From Geosiphon pyriformis uo1 (taxonomy: Eukaryota > Fungi > Glomeromycota), in assembly GCA_016748015.1 (NCBI GenBank), contig JAAOMT010000283.1, forward strand, positions 562,108 through 626,107: a stretch of DNA of 64,000 nt. The letters run 5' to 3'. The notes beneath the pieces are model-generated. The model made no database searches. It had not been told where the DNA came from and saw only the letters and a program-made list of their open reading frames with translations. This document shows, piece by piece, positions 22,255 through 36,528 of the stretch; within the stretch, counting starts at the first letter, position 1, and every line of letters begins with the position of its first letter. Both the position numbers and the translations under genes were made by a program.

Positions 22255-25200
22255 TCATTTCCATTGTCATCTAATTGTGATAAAATGGCACCAAAGACAG
22301 TGTAAGAAGTGTCTGTAGCTAGTCAAAATCGGTTACTGAAGTCTGAGTAGGCGAAAATTGGAGCTGTTGTCAGCTTTTTCTTGAAAATTTCAAAAGCTTT
22401 TTGGTGTTCTTCTGTCCATTTGTATTCAACATTTTTAGTAGTAAGCTGGTTGAGAGGTTTTGTGATTTCTGAGAATCCTTTAATAAATTTTTGGTAATAG
22501 GATGCTAATCCAATAAATCCTCTTAATTCTGTGATATTTTGTGGAGTTTTGAAGTTTTTAACAGTGCTGATTTTTCCAGAGTCTGGTTTAATTCCATCTT
22601 TGCTAACAATGTGACCAAGAAAGGCCAAACTCGTTTTTCTAAAGTAGCATTTTTTGATGTTCAGTTTCAATCCTGCTTTCTGTAATCATTGAAAAACTTC
22701 GCGTAGGTGTTTTAAGTGTAATTCAAAAGATGGTGAATAAACATCAGTATCATTGAGATAGACAACTATTGATTTCCAAAGAAGGCCTTTGTAAACAACA
22801 TTCATGAGTCTTTGGAATGTTGCTGGTGCATTGCATAATCCAAAAGGCATTATATTGAACTTGTAATTTCTTTCTTGAGTGGTAAATGCTGTTTTGGAGT
22901 GATCTTTGGGATCCATGACAACTTGCCAGTATCCACTCTCTAAATCTAATGTTGAAAAGTATTTGGACTTCCTAAGAGCATCTAGCATGTCATCAATTCA
23001 GGAAAGAGAGTAGGCATCTCCAATGATAACACTGTTGAGTTGTCAATAATCAACACAAAATTGTATCTTTCCATTTTTTTTTTAACTAAGACCACAGGTG
23101 AAGCCCATGAACTCATTGATGGTTGAATAAGCCTATTGTTGAGCATCTGTTGTACTTCTTCGCAGATAAATTGGTGACTTTCTGGAGCAACTCGGTAAGC
23201 TTGCTGTTGCCTTGGTTTGGCATCTCCTGTATAGATTTGGTGTTGAACCAAATTGGTTCTTCCTAAGTCATTGTTGTTTTTGGCAAAGATATTGGCAAAT
23301 TCTGCAATTAACTCTTTGAGCTGGCTCTATTTTTGTGGTTCAAGTTGTTCCATGTTGATTCGAGATAGTTTTTCTATGACAACATGGTAGTTTTCAGAGC
23401 TGAAGTTTGAGTTGATTTTTGGTAGTGAATGTCCAATAATTTCAGAGAAATCGGGGACTGTTTGGAGTAATTCTTGTTGAAAGATATTACTGTGAATAAC
23501 TCCAATTTCTAAGTTATTTAATAAAACTATGGAATAATTGTTGGGATTGTAAAAAGTAACTCAGACTTTTTTTGTTCCTTCTGGAATATAAATGTTTGGA
23601 ATTGAGATATTATGTTCCAAGCAGACTTGTTTATTGGACTCAAAAATTTGTTGTATGGTTGTTGGCTTTTCACAAGTGTAAATTTCAGGGTGTTCTTCAA
23701 AAGGTAAAATAGTAATTGGTTGTGGAAGTTGTAGAATCTGGTAAAATTCACTTTGTTCATTAAGAGCTATGTTTACTAGAACTGTAAATTGTCCAGTTAA
23801 ACCAAAACCATTGGTTCCTCTTCCACTTTTTCCTAATTGTTCTCTTTGACTGACTAATTGTAAACCCAAAATGTTGATTAAGAGTAAATAAATAGCTTGA
23901 GCAATTTTTTCAGTATGTTCAATCTGAAAAAGTTTATTGGTTTCATTTTGTAACATGATTGTAATGTCTCTTGTATATCTAGCATCTATGATTCCTCCTC
24001 TAACATTGATTCCTTTGCTTGCCAATGATGATTGTGAAGCAATTTGGACCATTGCTCCTGGTGGGATTTTGAGGGCAATTTTGAGGTTGATTTTGGTAAG
24101 GGAATTTGGTTGAAGAACCAAAGTGTCTTTTCCTAGATATTGTAGATCGTATTCAGCATCAATTTCATGTGCTTTTTCCAGTTTTATTTCTTGTCCATTG
24201 TTGTTGAAGTATTTGAGTTGTAAAGCAGGCTGATTTTTGATAAGATAGATGGGTGTTGTTTCAATTTTTTCTGTTGCTTCAGGTTCTTCGAATTCAATTT
24301 CGTATTCATCACTTTTACTGGGCAATGGAATGCTAAGAGCATAGCATTCAGGACACTATTGTTTGTCGCATAGCATTATACACTCCTCACATAATTTAAT
24401 GTTCATTTGCTCTAATTGTTGAATTTGAGCTTCTTGGGTCAGGTAGGTGTGACTTGTGATTTGGTGGTATACTTCTACTTCATCTTCATAATCAAATCTA
24501 GCTAACTTCATAGTGTATTCAATGTATTCTGCTTCTTTCATTTGACGAACATCTTCTTTGGTAGCTCTATTAACTAATGCCATTGCTAGGTCGAAAATCA
24601 TCTCAGCATTATGGGGATAGTGATAAAGTTTGTTGAGAGCATTGTTGTATGCTGCATTAAAAGGTGTTCCTCTTTTGACTTTTTCTGAAATTGATAAAGC
24701 ATATTGGCAGGTTTAATTGCAGACTCCTCTTCTCATTGCTACATCAATCCAATTGCATTCTTCTGGTAGCATATCTCTACAAGTCAAACAAGGAGTGTTG
24801 TTCTATTTTCCACTTCTTTTTATTAGATGATCCTATCATTCTCTGTGGCAAGCCTTGCAGTAATAACAAGTATGATTTTCATATTCTTCTTCAAGTGAAA
24901 TGCAGGCTCCCATTGAGGAGAGTTTCTTGTGGCAGTTCTTACATTTGAGTAGAATGTAAGGGTGTCATTTTTTTGGTTCTGGTTTAGAATATAAGATGTT
25001 CCATCCAGGGGTTTCTGGTTCTTCTGGATATGAGTTTGTTGCAAAATACATTTGCTCAGTTTCTTCAGCCCAGTTAGATGTTGATTCAAGTGCCATAAAT
25101 GTTTTGATTACAGGCTTTTCTTTCTCTTCTTTAAATTCGAAGACAGGGGCTTTTTCTGATCATTTGTTGAATGTACCACAAGTAGCGGGTACTCAGGCAT

Positions 25201-25560
25201 GTTGTCTTTGATAGAAGAGTTGTAATTCTTGGGTTTCTCAGTCTAATTTTGCATTGGTTTTTTGGAGCCAATCATTTCCGACAAGGGCTTGATACTGGAG
25301 CACATCTATTACAAGAACTTTGACTGGAATGGTGATTCCATCAAGAGTGAACAGAAAATTGTCAATTTCTCCTACTGGAGTCTTTTTCATGCCATCGGCA
25401 GTAATGATTACTGTTTGAGCTGATCAGTCAACATTTCTCTTTAACTGTTGCATTAACTGGTAGGTGATGATGCTTCTGGCAGATCTACTGTCTAGGATCA
25501 AGTAAATTGCCTTTCCTTTAACTTCTGTTTTAGTATACATAGCAGTAATTGCTTTTTGTT
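22255..25560 (-). pseudogene. pol: A1 pol, 5' part: protease, Cys-rich domain, dUTPase (~23790-24200), RT, start of RNase H
   Basis: LILDSRSA; ORFs 24356-24601, 23561-24325 (EIDAEYDL, ASQSS, GGIIDARY, KIAQAIY, RGTNGFG), 22686-22988 (MPFGL..YLND) and 22323-22670. Confidence 0.92.
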
Positions 25561-25599
25561 CATTGGCAGCTGCATTGCTAAGCAGAAATGGTGACTCAT

Positions 25600-27575
25600 T
25601 TGCTTCAAACTCAAAAGGGAATATATCTGAAAGATTGGCATTTTCAGCAATTTTGGCTGGTGAGATTGTGGTAGAAGTATAGGAAGAGTTTTGTTGTTGT
25701 GCTGCAGCTTTACCTTCCGAAAGTGCAGTATGGTAAAAATCCTGTTCTTCAGGTATTGTAAGATAGCTAGGTTGAGTATGATAATGGGTAGGTCTTGGCT
25801 GAGCTGGATTTTGGGGAACTAATTAGTTATTTGGGTTGATTCTGTTGTTGTTTGTTGTGAATCAGTTTTGTGGTGCAAATTGGTTTTGTTGAACCAATCT
25901 TCGAACAAATACTTGGTAATGTTGAATGGATTGTCGATACTGTTGTTGCATTGGCTGTAAAGCAGGTTGATAATAGTCAGTTTGATATTGTGGTCTTGGT
26001 GGATAATAAGCTAGTGGTAGTGGTGGTTGGTAATAAGATTGCTGTGGTGAAAGGTAACATTGATTACTCCTGTTTTGTTAGTCTTGTTGTAGCTTTCTGC
26101 AATTTTTTTTCCAGTGGCCAGGGATTCCACAGTAATAGCAATTCTGAGGCTGGTTATTAGAAGATAATACAAAGTTGTTTTGATTCTGTCTTTGGGGTGG
26201 TTGATATTTTTGGGGTTGCTGTTGTTGTTGGTTGGTGAAATAGTATTTGACTTTCTTTGTGAGTTGGTCAATTTTTTCTTCAGCTGCTGAGCTGGCCTCC
26301 AATGGCTAAGTCCACAAGTTTTGTATGATTGGCTTCTTCCATGGCCATTTCATATCTCTTTGCATGCTGAATAGTAGAGTTTAAATCTTCTGGAGCATGT
26401 GGACAAACCTTTTTAATCAGTTTATCCTTTAAACCAGCGATAAATTGATCCAAGATTTAAGCATTGGAATAATAATTATTAGTTTCAAGTTGGCAAATTC
26501 GTCTGAGAAGTTTGTTGAACTTCTCAATATAAGTCATGACAGATTTGGAGGGTTTTTGTTTGATATTGCGAAAACAATTTTGAAGTGTAATTGAGGTGTT
26601 GTTATTGGTGAATTGTTCTAAGAAAGCAGTTTTAAAAGCTGTCCAGTCATTAAAAGGGGTGGTCAAGTTTTTGAACCATTCGCCTGCTGTTCCTTTGAGA
26701 AAGTAGGGAATTGTTCTTAACATTCTGGCAGCATTTCATCCATTTGCATCTCCAGTTTTAGTAACTTGGTCAAGCCATTCTTGGGGACTGGTCTTAATGT
26801 TTTCTCTATTAAATTCAGGGATTTTTGCAATGTATGCTGTCATTTCGTCTTCTTTGTTTTCACTGTCTATTGATTTTTCTTTAGATATTTCAGAGTCATT
26901 TTCTTCGTTCACTGCTGTCTCAGAGTGTTCACTTCAATTTTCAGCTAGAAAATCAAAGAGATTGGAACTAGATTGAAGGGGTTCTTGTTGTCTGGTAGGA
27001 CTTCTGGGTGATGTAAAATCTTCTAGTCTTGCAAATCAATTTAAGGGTAAATTAGGTGTTTGTGCTTGTACAAGTAAAGCTGAAAAAAGTGTGATAGTAA
27101 GTGGAAGTTTTGAACTGGTTTCTTGTTCAGGTGTTTGTAAGTGTTTGGCAGTTGTTTTTGGTAGTATTGGAGTATTTGGGGTGGTTTTTGAGTATTGCTT
27201 CAATTTTTGTTTGCCTTTGTTGCTTGTTTCTGTCTTTGATTTAAAATCAATAGAGTATTGAGACTGCACTGGATATGTTTCTTCACAGTACTTGATAATG
27301 TTAAAATTAAGTTCTTAAAAGTAAGTGGCAAGTGTTTCACTGTTAAGGTCTTTAGTTCTCAACTGTGAATAGTGTACTAAATTATTGTAAAGGTTGCTTT
27401 TAACTTCTGAGATATTGTAATTTTCAAAAAGATAATTATTGATGCAGTTTTCAATATATTGGTATACTGATTTCTTGACAACTTCAATTCCGTCTGGAAT
27501 GTTGAATCTTTGCTTGCAGTGGATATAAATTGACTGGTAATACTCTAGAGTTGTTGGGTCTGGTGTGGTTGCCAC
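25600..27575 (-). pseudogene. gag: A1 gag
   Basis: KVATTPDP..; IPYFLKGTAGEWF; CYYCGIPGHWKKNC. Confidence 0.88.
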
Positions 27576-27600
27576 TTTGAAGTTGTTTTTGCTGTGTTGT

Positions 27601-27618
27601 TTCCATGAGAGAGCACCA
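27601..27618 (-). other. Primer-binding site of family A (TGGTGCTCTCYCATGGAA); also at 45376-45393
   Basis: TGG start 2 nt from the LTR end; complementary to a tRNA ending ...GAGAGCACCA; isoacceptor not assigned. Confidence 0.8.
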
Positions 27619-27620
27619 AA

Positions 27621-28590
27621 TGTTATCAAAAGTTTTTGGTCTCTTCTTAGTTTTTGTATGTTTGTTGTAATGCTGTTAATTCATGACTATGGGAAGTGTT
27701 TGAATCTCCGATAACTGAATTTATTTTCAAATTATCTCCTATAATTTGAACTGCTGGGCTTATAAGTAGAATGACCAATTTCTTGCCAGTTACTTTATGT
27801 AATTACATTGTAGGAAATGTCAATTCTTTTTCAGGAATTGCTTGTCTGGAAGCTTACTAAAAATGTGTAGTTACTTTGCTGTGAAAGTCAACTTTTCTAC
27901 AGAAATCTCGTCTGTAGGCTACCCTAATAATTGTAATAAGAAAAGAAAAAAAAAATAAAATAAATGTAAAAAAAATAGGATTTTATCAAGGAAAACCTTT
28001 TCTATCCAGGCCTGGAGTCACTAACAGTTTACTGAAATTAGTAGCTAATCAATTTCAAAACGTTAATTGGGTTTTGGGGATTTTCCAAGTGCAATAATTA
28101 AAGAATTTGGTTTTTCAAATTATTTGATATTTATTTCTCTTTGTGTGTATAGGAATAGTTTTAAGTGATAAATCTAAAGTAAGATACATTTTCTCGAAGA
28201 GAGAAGCTCTTTTTTTATACAACTTGTTGTAACACTATTCTATAAACTTGAACTTAGCTATTTTCTTTAATTTTACTGAACTAGAGATACATTTCGGCAA
28301 ACTATAAGTTATTTCTGCAAACTATTAGATATTTCAGTGAACTATCAATTATTTTGGCAAATTTCTACAAATTTTGGTGAACTTTTTAAATGTTACATAG
28401 TTCAGGGTATTGCATGATTGATCATCGCAATTAGGTTACATTTGTGTTATGTACAAATTGGGTTATTAATTAAATGATAATTTCGAATATTTTGCTAATG
28501 TAATAAGTGATAATTTGAAATGCTAATTAATGATAAGAATTATAAGGGTAATTTCATGCTAAGCAATATCTTTAATTTTGTCTGGTAACA
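27621..28590 (-). repeat. A1 5' LTR
   Basis: Colinear with 2344-3312; differences seen are mostly C/T and G/A. Confidence 0.92.
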
Positions 28591-28645
28591 ACATTCTGGT
28601 CACATTTCTTTATGACTTTAGATCGGTTTTTCTACTTAAATAATA

Positions 28646-31600
28646 GTGTTTATTCCAGGTTTTTAAGTAGACCATTATGTTATTTAAGTAGACCAGAACA
28701 AAGTTTTCTTTTACTAATTCAAATACTTTGTTTATTAGACATTAAAAGATGGAAGGAGCATTGGTGAAACCAAAAGGCATGATTGTGAATTCATAGGTGT
28801 CATACTTAGTAATGAAGGCAGTTTTCTTTCTGCTTTTTGGATCCATTTCTATTTGTCAGAATTTAACAGTTAAGTTAATAGTTGAGAAAAAAACAGCACT
28901 ATTGAATTTATCTAGCATTGCATCAATTTTGAAAAGGGGATACATGTCTCTTATAGTGATGGCATTTAATTAGTGGTAATTAATACAAAGTGTAGGATTC
29001 CACCTTTCTTGAATATTACTACAACTGAAAAAGCTTATTTACTCTTGGTTTTTTGTATAAATCCAAGATCTTTTATCCAGTTTATCTCTTTCTTAATAAA
29101 CTTATCATTGTGTCGATTAGAATGATAAGGCTTTAAATGGATGGAATGAGTTTCTTTTATGATAATAATGTGTTGTATTACATGGGTTTGTCTAAAAGTA
29201 TTATTTTCTTTTGAGATAACTGGGCTATTTCTAGCCAACAGATTTTTAATGTCTATTTTTCTTTCTTCAAGGAAAGATTTTTTTTGTTTTACAACTAGTG
29301 ATTAGATTTCAGGTAGTTCATTCTCAAAAAACTTCTGTACTTTTTTTAGTTTTTCTTTGAGTATCAAACTAATTGGCTCCCAATCTTTGTAATAGATTAG
29401 GCAAGACTTGTATTTATCACTAGGGAAATACAAAGGTTTATCACACCAGCACCTGGCACAAATATCATATTACCAATAACTGTATTTTGCTTTTTTGCCA
29501 GGTTTTCTATCAAAAGTTTTTCTGAGAATATCATAGTAGGGCCAGCAAATCAGCTTGTTATTTACTATGATTTCTTTTTTGTCAACTTTAATATTGTCTA
29601 GTGACTTGCTATTGCTGGTGAAAATAGTATAAGTGAGTTCAGCAGTTTTTTCTTGTTTTTTTTTGATTTTCTTTTTTATTACTTTCATCATCATTTGATT
29701 TATCTGATCGTTCTTTTTCTTGGTTTTGCTTGGATACTAGAAGAGTTGTCTAATGATAGCACTAATCCACAATGGGTTTTTCACCACATCTGATGATTTG
29801 TTTACAGAGTTTATAATCAAGGAAGACTTTTGCTTTCTTGAGCCATTCATTGCCAACTATTATGATGTATTTTTTTTACTTCAGATACTTTCATGTTAGT
29901 TTTAATGCTGATGTCATTGATTTGGACAGGAACAGCTTTGGCTATGCCCAGATTTTTCTTCTTGTCATCATGTATATTGGTTATTGGTTTTGTGAATAGT
30001 TTATTAATTTTTTTGCCAATTGCTTCTAAAAAGTGTTTGGCAATAATGCTAACAGATAACTTACTGTTCAGGATCAGATTAATGAAGTAACCAGCCACTT
30101 GGGCTTTACAAATGAGAAGAGTAACATTGCTGTTGTCAGCAAGTCCAGCTTGGCATGAGCACTTATTAATTTTTGGTGTCTTTTTCTTGGAAATTAAAGA
30201 TTTGTGAAGGTCTTTTCTGAATTGAAGATGGGTTATTAACTGGTCAAAGGTAATGTGAGCAAGTGTTTTCATGAGATCTTTGACAACACAATAGGATCCA
30301 GATTTTTGTACAATTTTTGGGAGTTCTAATCTTGAAGAATTTTTAAAAACTTTAGTTTTTGGTGGCTTATTGTTATTAGCAATTAATATGGAAGCTTTCT
30401 TTGGATCTATAATGAAATCAACCTTGGCTTTTTTTTCTTTCTTGGTGATTCAGAAATATTGATTGTTAGTTTATCTATATTATGGTCATCATCAGTTAAG
30501 TTAAAAACATAAAAAGAGTTTTCTTCTGGTTGGCTTGTACTCTCACCTTTTGGAAATGCACCTACCAATTTAAAGGCTGATAAACAGTAGCTTCAACTAG
30601 GGGATTCTCTCCAAAGAAATTGATGTTGGCATAATTGGGTTTTTGATTGAAGATATTGTTGTTAATGGTTCTGTTGTTTTAATTATCATTGTTTCTAGAA
30701 ACTGGAAATAGCAAAGGAAGATTGTTGCAATCTCTTGAGAAATGTCTAATTAATTTATAGTAGTAGCATACAAGTGGGTCACAATTTTGCTGTCTTTGGT
30801 AAAAGAACTGCTAGAATTGATTAAAACAGAGTTCAAATTTGGGTCTTTGGAGTTGTTGATTCTCTCTGACTGCTTGGACTAAAGATTCCAATAACCAGGC
30901 AAGATTAGCTGTGAGTTTATCTATTAACTGTTTATTTGGGTCTTGAGTTTGAGCAGCAAAAGAAGTAGCAGCCATTTGTAGAGCAGAAGCCATAACAAGA
31001 GCAAGAACAAAAACTGAAAATGTGAATTCTAGGTGCATTTTTTGATTGTCTTCTATTCTCTGGACAAGTTCAATGGCCATATCTATTGTGAGATTGTTTT
31101 TTAATGCCAGAAGAGGCCAAAGAGCATAGAAAAGATCAGTTTTTAATTCTTTTGTAAAGGAATGAATCTTTTGCTTTTCTGTTCAGTTCTTTTCAGAGTC
31201 TACTTGCTTGATTAATTTTCTGATTGCTTTGGCATACTCAATTACAACTTCACCAGAATCTTGAATTTTTCTTTCTAATTCTATGTACTATTTAGATATT
31301 AAGATAGGAGTTCTAAATTTCATTTCAAACCAGATAGTAAAAGAGGTATTGTCTTCTCCAGCATTTGCCAGTATCTATCTAATAATTTTTTGCTAAGCAT
31401 TGGCATTGGTTTTTTGTGAGAACTAAGTAGCAGGAGAGTTTTGGAGGTAGCCACCAACAATTTGGAACTTGTATTCATTATCATATTGGTTTGCTGTGGC
31501 AGTTCTTTCAAAGTTATCCAACTATTCAATTGGATCTTGTGCATCATTTCTAAACAAGAGTAATAAAGTGTTGTTTTTTCTTTCCAAAGCAGTTTGTATG

Positions 31601-32868
31601 CCTTGGAAAACAATCAGAATGTTCTGTTGCATAAAATCATTAGCTATTGGTTCAGAAGTTACTGTTTAAGTAAAATGATTTGATTTATTTGAGAAGAAAT
31701 CAAAAACAGGAGCAGTTTGATAGCTTTCTTTTTCTGTTTCAAGAGAAGTTTCAGTTGATTAATAAGCAGCAATCCAGATATGAATTTGATGATTCAAATA
31801 TTCGAAATCAGGGGGCTGTTGTTCAAAGGTTGTGAAATATAAAAGCTGATTAATGCTGTTGTTTTTTCTTCAAAGTTGTCTTTAAAGTAAGCTTGATTAA
31901 AGTAATAAGTTATATAAGCTGTGTAGATTTTAGCTTAATGCTCATTCAGGAACCAGTTTCAAAAATCTTGGAATTGTCTGCTAGATTGTTCTTCAATAAG
32001 AAAGCAAATTAAGCAGAAGGGCAAAGGATCGAGTTCAATAAAGTCTAGATCGTTTTTGTTGTGTGCTTTAAAGTATTCTTCTGATTATTGTAACAAATAT
32101 GAATAATCACCCATACAATGAAAAACAAAGTGGATTTTGACAACCTCACAGAAAGCACCACTTTTATGTTATGGGTTGAAATAACAAGCTAACAGATAAC
32201 AAGAGAAAACAGAATTGTAGAGTGATAAAAGGAATCAAAGGAAATTTAATTTCAAAGAGCAAATTAAATAAGTATGGATATAATGTACAAGATCAGTCTT
32301 ATAAAATATTTCAGTCACTATACTTTTCAAAAAATAACCAGGAAATTTGAAGGTAGAGAGATAGTCTGTACTGTTAACAAATGATCACACACTGGTATAA
32401 TTTTATGCTTCATGTTAGCACTTTTAGAATTCAATATCAGATATCAGATGTACTTTTTAGTCACATTTTATTCAATAATTTTTAAATGATACAATTATAT
32501 GTTTTAGAAAAAAGGTAGAAAATAACCAACAAGTAATTTTTTATCCCAAGATATTCAGATACTTGAAGGTAGAGAAAAAAAAATTAGCAATAAGAGAATG
32601 ATTGAGATGAAAGTTGTTATTTTATTTATTTTTTTCTTTGATTTTTACATATTTTTCTACAGCTAAAAGATTTATCACTTATATAGTTATCAAAAGTAGT
32701 CAATAATTAGGTCAATGACTAGGTCAATGATTAGGTCAATAATTAGGTCAATGATTAGGTTAACAGTTCTATTAATAATTATTTTCTAAAAATCAAGTGG
32801 CTAATTATATAATATCAGTGGCTAATACATGTAATAATTAATAAAAAGTATAAGTTTCAACCATAACA
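28646..32868 (-). mobile_element. 5' half of Gypsy element D (5' LTR, gag, protease, start of RT), interrupted in RT by B1; no dUTPase seen
   Basis: LTR 32167-32868 with terminal inverted repeat TGTTATGGGTTGAAA/TTTCAACCATAACA; PBS CCTCACAGAAAGCACCA 32144-32160; decayed CCHC near 30730-30770; LILNSKLSVS protease; MPFG near 28770. Confidence 0.85.
32697..32764. repeat. 12-bp tandem repeat (TAGGTCAATRAT) x ~5 in the D LTR
   Basis: Directly visible. Confidence 0.9.
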
Positions 32869-35553
32869 ATATATTAAACTTATTATAAACCACTAAAATT
32901 TGGTTAAACAAAATCTTTGAAAAAACTTTTCTAGCAGTCTTAATTAAAACAATTAGTTTAGTGGCTATTAGTATATTTTTTTATTTATAAAGCTTAAGAA
33001 TTATTAAAACTTAAACATATTTCTAAGCATTAAAAATTATCTTTTTAATAAACACATATTTAAAAAATTTAAAAACCAAACTTAAACAAACTTATTACAA
33101 TGTTTTCATATTTTATTTGAAATTTTAAAAAATTCAGCAGCTTTTTTCTTAAAAAAATTTCTAATAATCAACAAAAATTTATTCAAACAAATTTATTTTA
33201 TAATATTAGTAAATATATTGATTAAAAAATAGTTTAAAAAAGCAAATTGTTTCTGTTAATATATAAGCATCTTATTTTTAACAACATATTGTTTAATTTA
33301 GGTTTTTATTAATAAATTCATTTTGTTTTTAACTTCATCAGAATTTAATATTAGTTTTTAATTATTAACTAAATAATCTAAAGCAATTTTTCTAAAAAAT
33401 TATTTTAAAATATTACTAATTATAAAATTTTAATTATTAACAAAAGCTTTTATGTATTTGGAAATAGTATTACAAATACATAAATCTTTAATAATTTTAA
33501 ATATACATATTTTACAAGATCTGTATATTTTTTTTAAACAAACCAAAAATTATTTAACTTCATAAATACTAGTGCTAATATTTAAAAAAATCCAAAACTC
33601 TACAACCAAAACAAAATTAAGTTTTTTTTAAATACTCACAAAGTTTTTAATATTTCTTAAATTATTTATTTTAAATACTTGAAAATTTTTAAAATAAGCA
33701 ACTCTAATTTGTAAAACTTAAAAAATTTAGCATTTTAAACAAAGCTTTTATTATAAGTCTGTATTTTAAATAACACAGCATTAGCAATATTATATATACT
33801 TTTGTTTAACAAATTTTATATTTTATTAAAATTACTATCTTTTTTCCAAACACTAAAAACATCTATATTTTACAATACAGTTTTCAAAATCAAACTATTA
33901 TATTTGGTCTATATATTTCCATTAACTTTTATTATTTTATATTTTCATTTATTTTTATTAACTTATTTATATATTAAAATTAAAAATCCAAAAAACTATT
34001 TAAACTAATATTTACTAATAATACTAAATAATTTATGTCAAAAAACTTTTAAAAAAAATAGTTTGTTAAATATATATTGAATTTTGAAGGTTTTTACTAA
34101 CCAAAATAAAATCTATGCATTTTTTATTCTTTTAAAATTAGATTATGTGAACACTTTGTGCAAAATCGAATTATAAAAAAAATCCATCAAATTCAAATTC
34201 AAAAATTTTTTGAAATTAATACTATAACTATAATTATTTTTATTAAAATCTTTATTTAAAACAACAAAAATACTGATATTTAAAGCATTTGTTATTATAA
34301 AGTTAAATTTTTAAGCCTAAATTAGCTTCTTTTTTAAGATAATATTTGTATATAAACTTAAGATAACAACTAATTATTTATTTTTAAACAATAATTAGAC
34401 TAATATAAATTTGTTAAAAATTTTAAAAATTTTAAAAACATATTTAGTTAATTGGTTATTTACAATTATTCTAACATTAACATCTAAAAAACCAAAGTTT
34501 AAATCTAAAATAAATATTTATATATTATTAAATTTATTTACAATAAAAAATTTCATATTTAAATGCAATTTAATTTTTATAAATATTGAAATATTATTAT
34601 TTAACTTTTTATATTATCTAATAAAATCATTTTATTTAATAAGAACATTTATGCTTTTAATATTACAAATAGCTATTTTTTTTATTAAACTATTTATTAA
34701 AAATAGAAAAATAAAATCACATTATTACTTGAATAAAGAAATTTTATTTTTTTTAAAACTGTTTTAACAAATCTATCTAAGACTAATATATTGACTTTAA
34801 GATAATTAATTTGTAATATTAATACTTTTAATTTATTTATAAAAAATTCTAAGGAATTGTTTATTATAATAAATATAATACAGTAAATTAATGATTTGTT
34901 ATTTATAATTATGTTTAAATTTAAGCTATTTATAAACAAAAACAATCTAAGATTTTTATCTTTTAATAAATATATCTTTTTAGCAATTTTTAGTTAAAAA
35001 AATAGGAAATAAAGTTTAGTTTACATAATATATTATTAATTTAATTAACAAAAAATGCCAAAAAACATTCTAAAATATTTAAATAAAGTCTAAAACCAAA
35101 ACTATAATATTATTATTTAAAATATTTAAACCACTTATTATTATTGAAAATCATAAAAAAGAGCATAAAATAAAATAAAAAGCTTATTATTAATTACCAA
35201 AACTTAGAGCTTATTACTAAAAAAACTAGACAAAAAATTAATGTATGTTTTTTCATATATATATAATATTGTTAATTTAGAATAAACAAAATATTTTTAT
35301 TATAGACAAACAATTTGTTACCAATTATACAACTGTTTAAAACATAATTTAATTATTAATAAGCAGTATATAAAGATAATATTAGACAAGTTTAGCACAA
35401 ACTTATATTTTTAAAAACTAAAATTAAGCAAATTACAGATTATTAGCTTTTAAAGCTTTACTTATATTATCTAAATTACTGTTTATTTTGTTTTTTTAAG
35501 ACTAATATAAAATACTTTTATTATTATTTAAATATCAAAATTTATAAAACCAG
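32869..35553 (-). mobile_element. Heavily decayed LINE (end of ORF1, APE endonuclease, start of RT); host of the D and A2 insertions
   Basis: Hand translation on the - strand: KIAICNIKSIN (~TCNVRG, APE start) near 34650; KKAAEFFKISNKI*KHC (~GKAAGxxGIxNExWKH) near 33130; LIVLIKTARKVFSKIL (~RPIALxExxRKxxSKIL) near 32930. Confidence 0.7.
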
Positions 35554-36528
35554 TGTTATCAGAGGTTTCTGGTCTCTTTTCTTGAATGTTGCAAATGTCT
35601 GTTGGTTGCAAATTTACGTTTTCTAGAAGTAGTTGAACCTTTAGTAACTGAATTTATCTTCAAATTATCTCTTATAATTTGAACTGCTGGGCTTATAAGT
35701 GGAATAGCCAATTCTTTGCCAGTTACTTTATGTAGTTATGTTGTAGTAAATGTCAACTCTTTCCCAGGAATTGCTCATCTGGAAGCTCACTAAAAATGTG
35801 TAGTTACTTTGCTGTGAAAGTCAACTCTTCTACAGGAATCTCATCTGTAGACTACCCTATTGATTATAATAAGAAAATAAAAGAAAAGTAAAAGAAATAT
35901 AAAAGAAATTGAATTCTGTCAAGGAAAACGTTTTCTATTCGGCCTGGAGTTACTAACAGTTTACTGAAATTGGTAGCTAATCAATTTCAAAATGTTAATT
36001 GGGTTTTTGGGGATTTTTCAAGTGCAATAATTTAAAGAATTTTGGTTTTTTGAATTATTTGATATTTATTTCTTTTTTTTGTGTATAGGAATGGTTCTAA
36101 GTGATAAATCTAAAGTAAGATACATTTTCTTAAAGAGAAAAGCTCTTCTTTTATACAACTTGTTGTAGTACTAGTCTATGGACTTGCACTTTTTTTTTTT
36201 GCTTAAATTTCGGCAAACTAAAGATACATTTTAATGAACTACAAGTTATTTTGCTGAACTATTGATTAATTTGGATGAATTATTCATAATTTCGGCGAAT
36301 TTCTTATAAATTTTGGCGAATTTCTGTAAATTTCGGCGAATTTTAGAATGTTACAAAGTTCAGGGTATTGTGTAATTTGATCATTCTACTTTCTGTCATA
36401 CTAATTGTATTATTTAATTGAATCGTGATATGTGATAATTGAATAAATAATAAGTGATAATTTGAAATGATATTAATATACTAATTAATTTATAGAAATT
36501 ATAAGGATAATTTCATGCTAATTGATAG

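Larger units (their letters stand above)
2344..28590 (-). mobile_element. Full-length Ty3/Gypsy element A1 (~9.9 kb without the nested B2), inserted in the B1 5' LTR
   Basis: LTRs 2344-3312 and 27621-28590 (TG...CA); TSD ACAT at 2340-2343 and 28591-28594; PPT 3313-3325; PBS 27601-27618; gag-PR-dUTPase-RT-RH-IN remnants on the - strand. Confidence 0.92.

Noticed and set aside
33360-33420. KIALDYL resembling the hAT transposase dimerisation motif
   Set aside because: The flanking translation fits the LINE region upstream of RT, and no TS..ER.FS motif follows.
33802-34945. I/K/L/F/N-rich ORFs in the AT-rich zone
   Set aside because: Chance ORFs in hypermutated LINE sequence.
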